A stretch of DNA of 60,392 nucleotides, filler included, from Sphacelaria rigidula (Eukaryota), in the NCBI GenBank assembly GCA_964200075.2. It is 8 parts of 8 records of this genome, joined end to end, with 100 filler letters (N's around TTAATTAATTAA, not from the genome) between each part and the next. Parts side by side here need not be neighbours in the genome. Positions count along the whole stretch, not along the records: positions 37,812 to 45,272 come from CAXNAA020014820.1; positions 45,373 to 52,832 come from CAXNAA020014821.1; 6 more parts are not named here. The stretch is one strand, 5' to 3'. The position numbers and the translations under genes were made by a program. A model generated the notes under the pieces. It did no database searches. It saw nothing but the letters and a program-made list of their open reading frames with translations, and was not told the DNA's origin. Positions 38,843 to 50,753 of the stretch are shown in pieces (positions within the stretch are counted from its first letter, which is position 1; each line of letters starts with the position of its first letter).

Positions 38843-41800
38843 GACAGGACAGGACAGGACAGGACACGAGAATCAGTTTTCGTGCACCTCCCTCTGCCCT
38901 GTCCTTTCTTATCCCTAGCCGGGGACAAAGCGAGTTGCGCCTTCAGCCATTTTATTGTTGGTGTCCTCGTGGGCTGTTAGTTTCGTTATTGTGCCAGTGG
39001 TGGCGAGTTTTGCCTTGGGAGCTGTCAGCGTAAGAGCCTCTTGCTTGGGGCGCGCAGCTTACCTTGGTGGAGCTCTTGGGCGCCACCATGCCCCCTTGAA
39101 CTCCTTCTCCGCCTTCTTCACCTCCAGGCGACATTTGCCCACACGTTTCGTAACCGCAGTAGACCAATTGTATGCGTCTTCGACTCCAACATCGTGAACA
39201 AACCATCTCCCAGTCGTTTTCCCCAGGGGGGGAATGACGTCTAGAGCACACAGATTCTCCTGAAGGTGGTGTTTCCGAGGCCCAGCCTAGCCTCCCCGCA
39301 TCCTTGTTCCACTAACCGTCCGAGGGTGATACGCTCTTGGACGACGTGTTTTCGTCCTACTGGGTAAGACCTCCCGGTGAAGCCAGAGTTGACACTTGCG
39401 GATGATCGTCTGGATACGTTCGCGTTCTTTCATGTCGAGCAGAGCTTTTGTACGGACGAGTTTTGTGTCCGCTGCCGTCGTTCCTGCGGCAGCCAACTGT
39501 TCACATCAGCAGAAGCTTACGGTCGGCAGTAGGATGGCTGCTGGAAGTCCTCTGGGCGCATCGTCCACATAGCATACCCGTATGAATAGGAAGCCTCATG
39601 CACCGGTTGCATTGTCGGGGAAAGCTGTAGGCCGGTCATGGCCAGTTGAGACCAGGTATCATTTATGAAATTAATCCACACATACTTGCACACTCTGACA
39701 CACACAGTGAATAAGGTGGGGGGTTCATTCTTGAGGAAATCCCTCATAGAAAATGACACGTCATAATCCCATATCTTCGCCACGCGAGAAAGCGTGTGCC
39801 CCCCCTCAGATATCTACTGCAACCATCATATCGGGTACACCTTGAACAACAGAACTAATCTCTTATTCGTATTTCCCCCGTACGTCATGATCCATTCTCA
39901 ATACCCATTTCCCTTGCATCCAGGCAGGTGTACACTTACAATCCTTGAGCGTAAGTATATTCGAATATAGCCTCCGCCATCTCGGCTTTGAGCAAGCGGG
40001 TTCTGAGTGACCACTGGACATTGGGGCCGATCGTAGAGTCGGAACCTGGACTCTCGGATGCGTGCTCACGCAACGCTGATGCGCCTCGTAATGGCGGTGT
40101 AAGTAATCGCGCCTTCCCTGACGGCGTCACCACAGCACACAAAGTCGACAGTCTGTTTGCACCCTCGGTCCACCCCCGTGATGCGCAGTGCGGTCTCTGG
40201 AGAACTGAGTGCTTACTGCAGACTCACGTCCGATGCCTTGTTCTCCGAAACTATCAGTCTGAACCCGTGACAATCCGTTGCTCCCACAATCATCATCATC
40301 CTAGCGAACCCGCCTAGAGACCCTGAGGCCATGCCTGGGTCAACGGCGTACAACATTCCCCGCACCGGGCGTGTCGCACCCTCTCCAGCCGCGTTTCTAC
40401 TCTGGCGGCGGTAATACACTCATTCTTCGGCGCATCATTTCGATGTACCAAGTGTGAAACGGCGGCCGGGTCTGCCGCTAGACTCCGTGATACCGTCAGT
40501 CACTGCTGCGAAGAAAATTTTGAGTTGTGGCGGGGGCGAAACGAATCCCTATCTTAAGCTTGTTCAGCCGTGTCGAAGCTTGCATGTCATCGTGGAAAAT
40601 ATAAGTGACCTTGATCATCCACGGCGGGACTCCCGAGCGGGCACGCGTACTTCCCACAGGAGCGTGCAGCGGACGGGGTATACCTCCTGCAGGTCGATGA
40701 AGCCCATGTACAGTGAGGCATTGCTTGCCGTCCCAACTCCTGCAGTCAGCGTAAGACGAGCATCATGTCGGTCGTCGATTGTTGGTTTCCCAGTCTACCC
40801 TGTCCATCCGGGAAAAAACTGGCCTCCTTGCAGAAGCCGTCGAGCCTATTGGCGATAATTTTCAGCTTTGCCGACATGTGTCACGAGGTAGAAGCCAGGT
40901 AGAGAGTCATAACTCCTGGTCATTTACTTCTTGTGTAGCACCTCGACAGTGGTGTCCTCCCACTCCTCGCTAGATGTCCAAACAGCGATGGTGATAATGT
41001 CAAGTTGAAACAGGATCTCTGAAATCTTTGATTCGTCTTCCCGACCACTTCAAGCTCGAGGATCTTCAGCAGGTGACCCATCCGGTCCCATCGGCTTGTT
41101 GTTGGACAATGCTCTCAGCGCCTCTTCTGTTTCAGCCAGGCTGGGGGTCTCCTAGCGACGCTGCTTCCGGTAGTGGCGGGATGCTCTCGATGGTGATCGA
41201 ACCGAGCGTGGCCAATGTTGTATTCAGCAAAGCATAAAATTTTCGCTTCCATTTCTCACGGACGCAATCGATCTGCTGTGGCAGCGTCCTCCCCTTGTTG
41301 TGCTCGCTCTCTAGTGTCATCCTCTATATGAGCTCCATCTTCTTTCTAGTTGATGTGCCAGTCTCATACGTTTCAAATCCCAATGAACTTCTCGAGTTCC
41401 CTCGCATACACATGCAAGTATGTGCCCAACCCAGCTCGGATCACCTCCTTGAGCCCCCCTGCGCGCTGCTCGCAAGGTGCGCCATGCGGAGCTATCTCTC
41501 AACCTTACGCGAAATGCCGATCTCGCTCTCTCCCTCTCCTGCAAGGCCTCGCCGGACTTAACTCGGACCGGAATTCTCCGAATTACCGTACGTGGCCTGT
41601 ACGTGGAGAGTGGCGCCGGACACGGCATCACCTCCTCTGTGCACCTCGGAAGCGTGTCGAAGCCGGAAGCTAGTTCACCGATGATATCGCTGGGTTTGCG
41701 CTGCAGGGTCCTGATCGCGATGGGCTGTATAGGCTGCTCAGGTCTGTCGACGCCGGACGTTATTGCGCGCCCGTCTATAGGCTTGTGCCCGGTGGGGGCT

Positions 41801-42450
41801 TGCCGTCGCCCGCTGCATGGATATCTGCCGAGGAGCTGCGCTGCGGCGCATGCGATGTGGGAGGCCGCGTCCGGGGAGTTGAGTAGTTGCAGGTGAACCG
41901 TGACAGTTTGAAGAAGCCCGTGGTGAGCTTGCCGTGTGATAGTACAGTCAAAACGTACTTGTCTGCCGAACGGCTAGCAATATCGTTTGATGGGCGCAAC
42001 TTACTTCTCGTAGGGGAGGGGGGGAATGTGTTGACGAGGGCAAGCCTGTCGTCACCTGCAAGTCGCAGAAATCTGGTGTCATCGCTGATGCTGGCTTAGG
42101 AGTCCCTTAGGTATGCTCCTACTATTTCACGATACTTCTCTCCCCGCCGTACCCCGGCTCTAGCGTTGAATTAGAGTCTGCCACGACAAACAGGCGGCCG
42201 TTAACGGGAACTCGGCTCAGAGTGCTGTCCAACTCAGTCCAGGTCACGCCCTTCCTTCTCTTGAACCAGACGTGTCTGAGGAGGCCTAGGCGACTTCAAA
42301 AACGTCACAGCGTTCGACTTGCCTGCCCCTGCTAGGTTTATATGTCATCGATATGAAGCGCTCGCAGATGTACGTCTCCGTTCACGCAGTCTTGCGGATG
42401 GTCGACTCCTGGGCGGCCAACCCAACCTCATGTCACCCAGCCCTTCTTCT
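38843..42450 (-). mobile_element. Degenerate RTE-like LINE with (TGTCC)n 3' tail
   Basis: VRGMLYAVDPGMAS.S..GFARMM (decayed YADD, ~40345), YMGFIDLQ..Y, RLLKAEMAEA, YGYAMWTMRPEDF, APE remnant LRLAGDDRLALVNTF. (GGACA)n at 38843-38867. The 5' end is approximate. Confidence 0.87.
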
Positions 42451-43035
42451 GCGCACCCCTATGCCCCGCGGCAGAAGCCGCGGTACACAGCGGCACCAAA
42501 CTCACTTGTTTCTCTACCCCCACGCGTTTCCTGCTGTACGACGACGCCACAGGTTACGCAATCACCTCGCACTTATGCAACACCACCTCAGCATGATGAT
42601 ACTCTCTGTTCTGTCCCGTGACAGATAACATACGAAACCTAAGTAGGTAGTACCGACAATATGCTCCTCGATACAGGACCTAGATATGGTCACACGATTT
42701 ACTCTGTGTTCATCTTCATCTCTAGTCTTGCCCTCAGCCTGATTTCTGGGCTAGCCAAGTTTCGCTTTTTCTGTTTTTCCTCCTTCGTCGTGCACCACGG
42801 GACTTGCCTCTCCGTTTGGGGTTTCACGTGGGGGGTTTGGCCGCCCCAGGCCACGTCGGCTGCTAGCTCCAGTCAGCCCATCTAGTGGTCACCCACTCGT
42901 GTCTCATGCCCATCGAATCGACGCGTTTCTCACGGCAGCGTTCCAGCTTTGGGCGAAACTCCTTCGCCGTGGGGTTGGGCTTGAAGTCAGTCACTGCTCT
43001 GGAGTCACGCGCCAGTCTGTAGGCTGCGTAGCAAA

Positions 43036-43474
43036 CACGGGATCTTACAAATTGGGGATGGATCTTTTATTAGGGATGAGAAACCTGGAGAATTAAAACC
43101 TTCGTATCCACACCAAATGTTCGGAATGTTGTGCCGTGTCTTCACCTACTGATAGGTTTTGACAAGTGCTACACACCCTAGACATTTGGATTTCGATCAC
43201 CAAAATGTTGGGGTCCTAGGTGAAAACCAATTTCGGAACCATTTTAGCGTCCGTTCGGACACCCGAAATTCCCCAAAATTGGTTTTTCACTTAAGACCTC
43301 AACATTTCGGTGATAGAAATCCGAATTTCTATGGCGTGTAGCAGTTGTCAATATCTATCAGGAGGTGAAGAAATGGAACCATATTTCGAAGATTTGGTGT
43401 GGATACGAAGATTTTTATTCTCCGGGTTTCTCATCCCCAATAAATGATCCATTCCCAATTTGTAAGATCCCGTG
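43036..43474. mobile_element. MITE with ~80-bp TIRs and CACGGG termini
   Basis: CACGGGATCTTACAAATTGGG...CTTCGTATCCACACCAAAT is mirrored by ATTTGGTGTGGATACGAAG...CCCAATTTGTAAGATCCCGTG. Confidence 0.92.
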
Positions 43475-45272
43475 TTAACAGCCCAAACTACTGTACTCGT
43501 GAACAATTCCGCAGGCCATGTTCAGTTTTTCTGAACGTGCGCGCGCTCGTGTGTGTGTGTGTGTCCACGATTTATTGTTTTGATTGTTGGCGTTTATTCG
43601 CATTCAAGCACTTGTCTCTTCTGCGCATGGTGCAGGTGTCGAGAACGACGTCGTTAGCCAGGCTTCGGTTCGAGCTGAGCGGGGGGGGCGTTGGCCAGGC
43701 GGAGTTCAAGAGAAGGCACGTCGACGGGCCGGTGAGTGGGGTCGTACGGGTACTGCAGTATACATGACACACTTTTGGATTATGGTAAAATTCACGAGAC
43801 ATGTAGTCGGGCATATGTGTGAATGTATCAACATGGGTGTACGCACATGCCACAAAACCGCTAGGCCTGGCTCATGCAGTGTTGCGGGCTGTAACCTCTG
43901 AATTACCATTTTGTTTTGCGGGAATGATTGAAACATATATATATATATATATTTTCCAATCCGGGGATTACTTCCGTCGTCCTGTCTACGATCTGTGAGC
44001 GAAGTGCTTCGTGTGTTGCGTTTCATAATATGTTCATACATGCACAGGTGTACTGTTATGTGTTGGTTTACCGTTTAGTCAAGGTCCGGTCAGTACGTCC
44101 ACTTTTGTCGCCTGTGCACGAGTTGTCCTTCCGCTTTAGCCTACCGAAAGACACCGTCTCGTATCCAACTGAGTAGACGGCAGTATAGCACACTATGCTG
44201 TACTTCAGTAAGTAGCACGCGTGCTCAGGTACGTCGGGTTCGGTGGCACCCCTTTTGTCGAAGAATATAGTGTTGAAAGGAAGTAAGCGTTCGCCGGTAC
44301 GAACGCAGAGGATCCACTTCTATAGGGTAGCCGATGAAGCAGTCCAACGTGAACATGTAGCGCTTTCCCGATAGATAGATGGGTTAATTCCTTGGTACTG
44401 TAGATTCGTCTCTGAGGAGGCGTGGCGGGGGTTGTAACTACGACAAGAAACATACGAATGAGTGGGAACGTCCCGCGCCTGTAAAAAAACCTGTGCGATT
44501 TGTTCGAAATACGGCGACTCCCTCTCCCCCGCTTGCATCGCCCCGTGGGTACCAGGTACAACTAATGGAGGAAGCCGGTCAAATGTGGCTGGTGTTCACG
44601 CTGCTGCGGCCTCCTTTCCTGTCCGCAGCGGGCATGTCGCTTCAAACATCAGCGCCATTGGTATGTCTGGAGTGAAAATGGTGGTAGACGTGGAAAATAA
44701 TACATATATAAGCGAGCAGAACAAAAAAATTGGACGCCTAACTTGTGCGGTATTGGCAAAGATGAGTGTTGAGTATCATTATTCAGGAAGGTTATTCAAT
44801 GTAGAGTGTGGTTTTTATTGTGGTGTCATGTTCTTGACCTGTGGTTTGCGACATGGTCTGGGTTGATACGTTTCATGATACGGGGTGTGTACGCGAAGTG
44901 TGGTGCGTTCCCGCGGTGGTAGTGTTCCGCGTGGATGTCCTTGTGTGCTGTTCCAATTAATTACTGTGCAGCCGCAATTCGGATTTGCTCGTGGTGCGCA
45001 CGACGTCACTCAACTATCAATCAACGATGAGCATTTCTCCGTTCCGTTGCAGCGAGAAATGAAAAACAAAGATGGCGGAGAGAGCGAGCGATGGGAGACA
45101 GAGACAGAGACACATGCAGAGAGAGACAGAGGCAGATTGATGTCGTCGTGTGAGCATCAGGGTTTTGTTTTTTGTTACGCTTATTGCATGATCGAAAGCA
45201 TTCTGAATCGGAATCATTTTGAACCGTTTTGCTGGGTCAGAGGGGGGGGGTGTACTCATGATCATGCTTGCC

Positions 45273-45372
45273 NNNNNNNNNNNNNNNNNNNNNNNNNNNN
45301 NNNNNNNNNNNNNNNNTTAATTAATTAANNNNNNNNNNNNNNNNNNNNNNNNNNNNNNNNNNNNNNNNNNNN
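45273..45372. other. Artificial scaffold linker
   Basis: Same N44-TTAATTAATTAA-N44 structure. Confidence 0.98.
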
Positions 45373-45447
45373 AATATCGCTCATGGACACAAATATGAAG
45401 GTAGTTCACGCCATAGTTCCAATTCATCCCGCGCTCCTAAGCGCCCG

Positions 45448-48400
45448 GTGAACACTAACCATGGCCGTACTCACGAGGATGCCTTGCGGCCCAGATCAAG
45501 TTCTTCGCGCGTTAACTCGCGCTTGAACAACTCCGATCATGCACCCTTGTCACACAACCGTTATGTACGCAATGATAACACTGTACATGCTGATGATATC
45601 CAAAACATATTTTCGGACATGTCACCGGCTCCGGAATCTTCACTTGCAGGATCCGACCGCACCTCATCGCACGACAACGCACTGACCGCGAACCACTGTC
45701 CTGTTCCGACGCTGCGCTTATTCGTTCTATGCAACAACGTTTGACAGATCTCGAACGGCAACTCGCGACAGCAACCATGGACGCCCAACGCACTACCGCT
45801 ACTGCCAGCAAGACCATTCGCGCTCCCGCAGCTACTGCTGCCGCTACCGCGACTGCTGCGCCTGCGGCCGCCCCTGCGCCGGCTCATACAACCGCCGCCG
45901 CTCCGCCTGCTATCGACACGGATGCCGATAGCGGCTCCACCACGGCCCCTGTGCGCCCTTCCCCATCCGTGGAGGTTCTCCCTCCGCTTGGCGATGAGCA
46001 CTGCCCCACCGGCCTGCTCTTACGCCTGTTCACCAATCGGCCACGCGCAGAACAGCAACAACTCATCGCTGACTATGAGTCGCAGGAGCCTGCGCTGACG
46101 CAAAACATCCTTGGCAAACAACGCGACGCCGACCCGCCGCTGCCCGCCTCCTTCTGGAGGAGCACGCGAGTACCCTCGAAGACCTCCAGCGCCAGGCCTC
46201 CCTTGCTCAATCCACGAGCACGGCGGCTCAACGAGCGCTCGACGAAGGCCGTACTGCGGCTACGGCGGCTCAAAGACGGGTTCGTCAACTCGAAGATCAT
46301 GTTCAGCGGACCGCCCAAGCAGGGGCTTCGTCGGCGGCCCGCCTGACTGATCACCAAGTCGCTCCACCTTCCACCGACAACTTGCTTAGGCCCCACCTGC
46401 CGGCGTCCAACAGAGCGACGTGTGTCATCCCTCGCAAGTCCAACACGACGTCGCCTGCTGCGGCCGCTGCCGCCACCACGACGCCTCCGACCCCGCCGCG
46501 TCACGGAGTTAGCTCGGTGCCGCACACAGTTTCTTCGCCAAACTTGCGACTGTTGTCTCACGAACGACAATAGCTTTCTCGTCCTGCGTCAACCTATACC
46601 GGTCCCTTCGACCGGCGAAACCACCTGCACTGCTCCCCAACCGCCTGGGCCTTGATATCCCAACGTATGTTTTACACGGTTGGCGTGTATGTCGAGCAGA
46701 ACGGCTTTCTCCCCAAGGCAGGAGTCTCGGTGCTCACCTTGGGCCAACTAGTTTTGGAGACTACCGTTGGCAATCACCGGGACCACCACACTTACGTTGA
46801 AGCGGTCGAGGAACTTTTTGCGGCGCTTCGCATTGCCTACAACACTCGTCCCGGCGCTACCCTCAACGGAGACGAAGATGAAGATGGGTGGACTCCCGCA
46901 ACATCCAACTGCCGGGGACAGAAGAAAGATCACCGGCGCGACGACGATGATACCGATGGAGGACACTCACGCCGCCGCCATGGCGGCGGAGGATCTTCTT
47001 CGAGCAGTTCTGGACCAAACCGCCCGCCCCGCAAGCCGAAAGGCAAGCACACCGGAGGCAACTCTTCCGGATTATCCGCATCGGCCTGGAATCGGTCCGG
47101 TGCAGCTCTTCCCGCCTCGGGCTCGGAGACCTCCAGGCAGGTGGTTCCTAAGTTGGCTGATGTTTCGGCCCGCATTTTAGGTTTGTCCGATGCGGATACA
47201 CGTGACCGCCCTTTGTCTTCTACTGTAGCTCGCGCCTTAGCAACGGCTGCGGCTGACAGAGAGCGTTCCGAAGCTAGCAAAAATGCAGCTTCCGATAGAG
47301 CTGAGTCTGCCCGAGTAGCTGCAATGACTGCTGCCGAGATAGCCCCACCCCGAACCGGCCAAAAAAGTGCACGGAAGCGATGATAAAAAATGCCGTTAGA
47401 GCTGGTTTCACGCTGCACGACGCGGCTCATTTGGGCGTTATAGCTGATTTCAGACTGCTACACGCCTCTCATATGGGCGAAATCGCTGCAAACGAGCCCA
47501 ATAGTGGGATCGCAGCCGGTTTGTCGGATGGTCCCCGGTGCACTTTTTGTGGGGGGGCTATCTCGGCATTAGTCCAATACAGAGACAGTATATTCAGATG
47601 GATGTGAAAAAACTCTGGCACATCAAAACCATGCCTGCCGCAGATAACGAAGATTTGGGCCAGTTTACTTCTGCCCTCATTACGTCCATCCGCCGCACTG
47701 TTTGTAACATCCTTCACTTGACGGATGTGACTGGCACACAACGTTTCGAAGATTCCGACTGGGTAGAGGGCTGACAGACTTCCTTGCACAAAGCACTGCA
47801 TCGATCGATCAGCCGCCGCTCTCCCGACCTCGCTGCTTCTTTGACGCAGGTTTTCGACAGATTCCTCGCCGAGATGGACCCGGATCGTGCTAAGGGGAAG
47901 ACAGGCCCGGTATTACTCTCTGATTTGGAGAGGCGTCTGATCGGTTACTTCGATAAAAGTGACCAGGTTAGTGCCATCCAGAGGTTGAGCTCCTTTGTTA
48001 TCGCCTCTGATGTCCCTTTCGCGGACTATCTCCGCGAATTTAAGCTTTTGGTTTCGGGTACGACGGGAGTCGGACGTCAGAACGGACCGAGTGACGCAAT
48101 GTGTCAGACTTACGTTCGCAATAGCGTTGCTCAACAGTATCTGGCGCTGATGCCGTCGTTGCTTCCGGGTGTCTTGGCGCATCGTGAGGTGCCTTACGCC
48201 TCCGTTGATACTATGTGGTCTGCTTTTGTACACCAAAAGGGTAATCTAACGCCTGCCATACGTGGCAAACCTTCAACGTGTGTGCGTTCACAACCTACGG
48301 TTGTGTCCTCCGCTCATGCCCAAGGGGCTCGCGGCAGGAATTCGAGCTCGTCTCGCGCTTCATGGACCCCCGACTCAGTCGCCGGTTCAGTTATGCATGT

Positions 48401-48943
48401 GCAGAGTACCAGAGATGCATTTAGCGCGAGTTTTGACGGTTGGCCAATTTTCGAGGAAACTTGGGATGATGCTTATCTGACTTCAACAACGGCATTTATA
48501 ACCGATGATCCCCATTTGTGGAACCCACTTCTTTCGTCTTCCGCTAGACGCAATGCCTTCAGCAGTTATGCCAACACTTGCATCAACTGTAGTGTTCAAG
48601 GCCACAGCATGCGCGACTGTGACAGTCCATGAATCAATGCCTTTGATCTCATGAACCCTGAATTGCAGGACAATGAACCCCTTGGCGCCGATGGCAAAAA
48701 CGCATGGGCGACTATCGTCCACCAACTCGAAATTACCGCAACAGTTTGAACCAACGTGGCAACAAAAACTCTAATCGCGGTCGCCGACACAACAACAATC
48801 ACGGAAGCCCTCGCCAGAACAATCAAAATTCTCGCGACAGCAAACGTTCCGCTGATAGACACCAGCGGACGGGACCGACACAAAGTTCTAACCCCAGCAC
48901 CAGAAACCCTGGTACCTTCACTACAGATCGCTTAGATCCATAA
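45448..48943 (+). pseudogene. gag: Disrupted long gag
   Basis: LTLGQLV..EELFAALR, FEDSDWVEG, VPFADYLREFKLL, MWSAFVHQ; CINCSVQGHSMRDC at 48579-48620. Stops, frameshifts and a MITE insertion. Confidence 0.85.
47326..47574. mobile_element. 249-bp MITE, 21-bp TIR, 4-bp TSD CAAT
   Basis: CAAT|GACTGCTGCCGAGATAGCCCC...GGGGCTATCTCGGCATTAGTC|CAAT. Absent from the paralog near 12290. Removing it restores VAAIQRQYIQMDVKKLWH. Confidence 0.93.
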
Positions 48944-49151
48944 CGTGCCGACGCCGGCGTTCTTCGGTCTTCCACGCCGTCGATAGCACGAGCGAAGACT
49001 TTTTCATCACAGCCCGCAGAGTCCGTGTCAAAAATTGCTCACTCGACTTCCCCGGCACTATCCAGGAGCGTAACTGACGGCCGTTCATATCGACCGTTGT
49101 CTCGAACCTCCACACAATTTTCAACACAGCCCGCAGAGCTCGCGACTGAGA

Positions 49152-50753
49152 TTGTCCACCCGGCTCTCCCGGCACTATGCAGGAGCGCAACTGACAACTG
49201 ACGGCCGTTCAAATCGACCGCCGTCTTCGTCCCTCCACACGCCGCGTAACAGTTGTGACACCCCGCGACTCAGACCTACACCCGGCACTGAACTTGGTCC
49301 TTCAGTACCGAGTATAAGTCTGAGGTGTGGGAAGACCAACCACCAGTCCCTGAGGCAAAGGCATCCCTCAGCGACCGCGCGCACAGGTAGCAGCAAGCCT
49401 TTTTCAGCTGAACCAAGTGTTGCTGATTTGAACCTGACCACATTGGATCATGTAATTCCCAATCAGTTCGATCGGGCTCCTTCCCCGCTATTATCAAGAC
49501 GTACGGACCTACCTTCAGCCGGTTTTATTAACAACTGCCCCAACATATCTTCGGCTATGCCCCAACAGCCAAACTTGCCTACGGAAAGCAGCCCACAAGT
49601 TTCGCTCCGTCATGCCCCGATGCTGACCCCATCCACGCAACTGGACGCAGTTGTGGTTTCATCCCCAAATGTTGTGGAAGTTCCCCGACCTTTGTCACGG
49701 CGAAAGAGAAAGCCCCGTAAGCATGCCCCCAAGGACGCGCGCGCATCATTACGTACACCTCTTTCGAGCGGAAGCCCTCGACCTCAATCTCTTCAAAATG
49801 CGACGACTTTGAGCTTGACGGCTTTATCAATTATCCCGGAAGAAACAAAATCGAATGATTGTGACGGCAGTACTTCTTCAATCGACGACTCCAGCCCCAC
49901 ACATCCTGGATCCCCCTTTGACGGTGATCCCTGTCGACCAAAGACGATCATTTACGAAATCGCCAATGACCGTGCCACACCTGGAAATAATATACCGTCC
50001 ACCCCCTTCTCTGGTGAGACATCTGACCCACCGCCGGATCATCCGCCGGGCGTTTTTGCTGTCAGCCCCGCTGATCCTGACCAGTTTACCTTGCCGGAAC
50101 ACGGTCCGGATCTTGTCGGCGGCAAAGTTTCTGTCGATGCGGCCACTTTCACTACTCGCATTGCGATCCATGCCGATCCAAACGGTATCACGCCTACGAA
50201 ATGCGTATCCTTGTTGGACAGCGGTAGCCCGCAAAGTTTTATTCGCGAATCAACATGGAAACACATGAAACAGACTGGCGCTGCTACTGCAGCTTGCGAA
50301 ACCACCACCAAACCTCGCGTGTGGGGCGGTTTCTGTGACTCGGCCGCGCCACTGACGACTCGTAAGTCCGTACGTCTCAGTGTGAAATTCTTTCACAATA
50401 CCACTCGATCGGCCAGCCTGGCAGTCTGGGCATACGTTGTCCCCGACAGCACCATGCAATACGCCATATTATTGGGCAGAGATAGATATATGCGGTTTAA
50501 TAAACGCACCTACCGCACGCTTCCACCACTAACGCCACATTCCCCGCCGCGTGGAGAATTCAACCTCGAGCACTTCGGTGTTCTCAACGGCGCCCTAGCT
50601 TATCAGAAGAATACTCAAGCAACCGGAGCTGCTTACCACCTACGATATAACGGTAGCGGGGGTATAACACTCTACGACGACCCGCAACTTCTTGAAGTTG
50701 CACGAGTTCGCCGAAATGGCATGCCAGCACTCACGGGCCATTATCTTGCCTAA
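49152..50753 (+). CDS. pol: pol N-terminal S/P/T-rich extension + retropepsin-type aspartic protease
   Basis: CVSLLDSGSPQSFIRE (LLDSGS at 50211-50228) and ILLGRD. The stop at 50751 is probably premature because the same frame continues. Confidence 0.9.
   Translation: MSTRLSRHYAGAQLTTDGRSNRPPSSSLHTPRNSCDTPRLRPTPGTELGPSVPSISLRCGKTNHQSLRQRHPSATARTGSSKPFSAEPSVADLNLTTLDHVIPNQFDRAPSPLLSRRTDLPSAGFINNCPNISSAMPQQPNLPTESSPQVSLRHAPMLTPSTQLDAVVVSSPNVVEVPRPLSRRKRKPRKHAPKDARASLRTPLSSGSPRPQSLQNATTLSLTALSIIPEETKSNDCDGSTSSIDDSSPTHPGSPFDGDPCRPKTIIYEIANDRATPGNNIPSTPFSGETSDPPPDHPPGVFAVSPADPDQFTLPEHGPDLVGGKVSVDAATFTTRIAIHADPNGITPTKCVSLLDSGSPQSFIRESTWKHMKQTGAATAACETTTKPRVWGGFCDSAAPLTTRKSVRLSVKFFHNTTRSASLAVWAYVVPDSTMQYAILLGRDRYMRFNKRTYRTLPPLTPHSPPRGEFNLEHFGVLNGALAYQKNTQATGAAYHLRYNGSGGITLYDDPQLLEVARVRRNGMPALTGHYLA

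Noticed and set aside
48900-48945. -1 frameshift at A-AAC-CCT or read-through of the gag stop
   Set aside because: The two copies differ by a 1-nt indel here and the -1 frame has stops in the paralog, so the expression mechanism cannot be inferred.
49430-49480. Antisense TGA codons aligned with Trp, suggesting an alternative genetic code
   Set aside because: TGA/TGG here is a synonymous third-position change in the sense frame, and the host exons use TGG for Trp.
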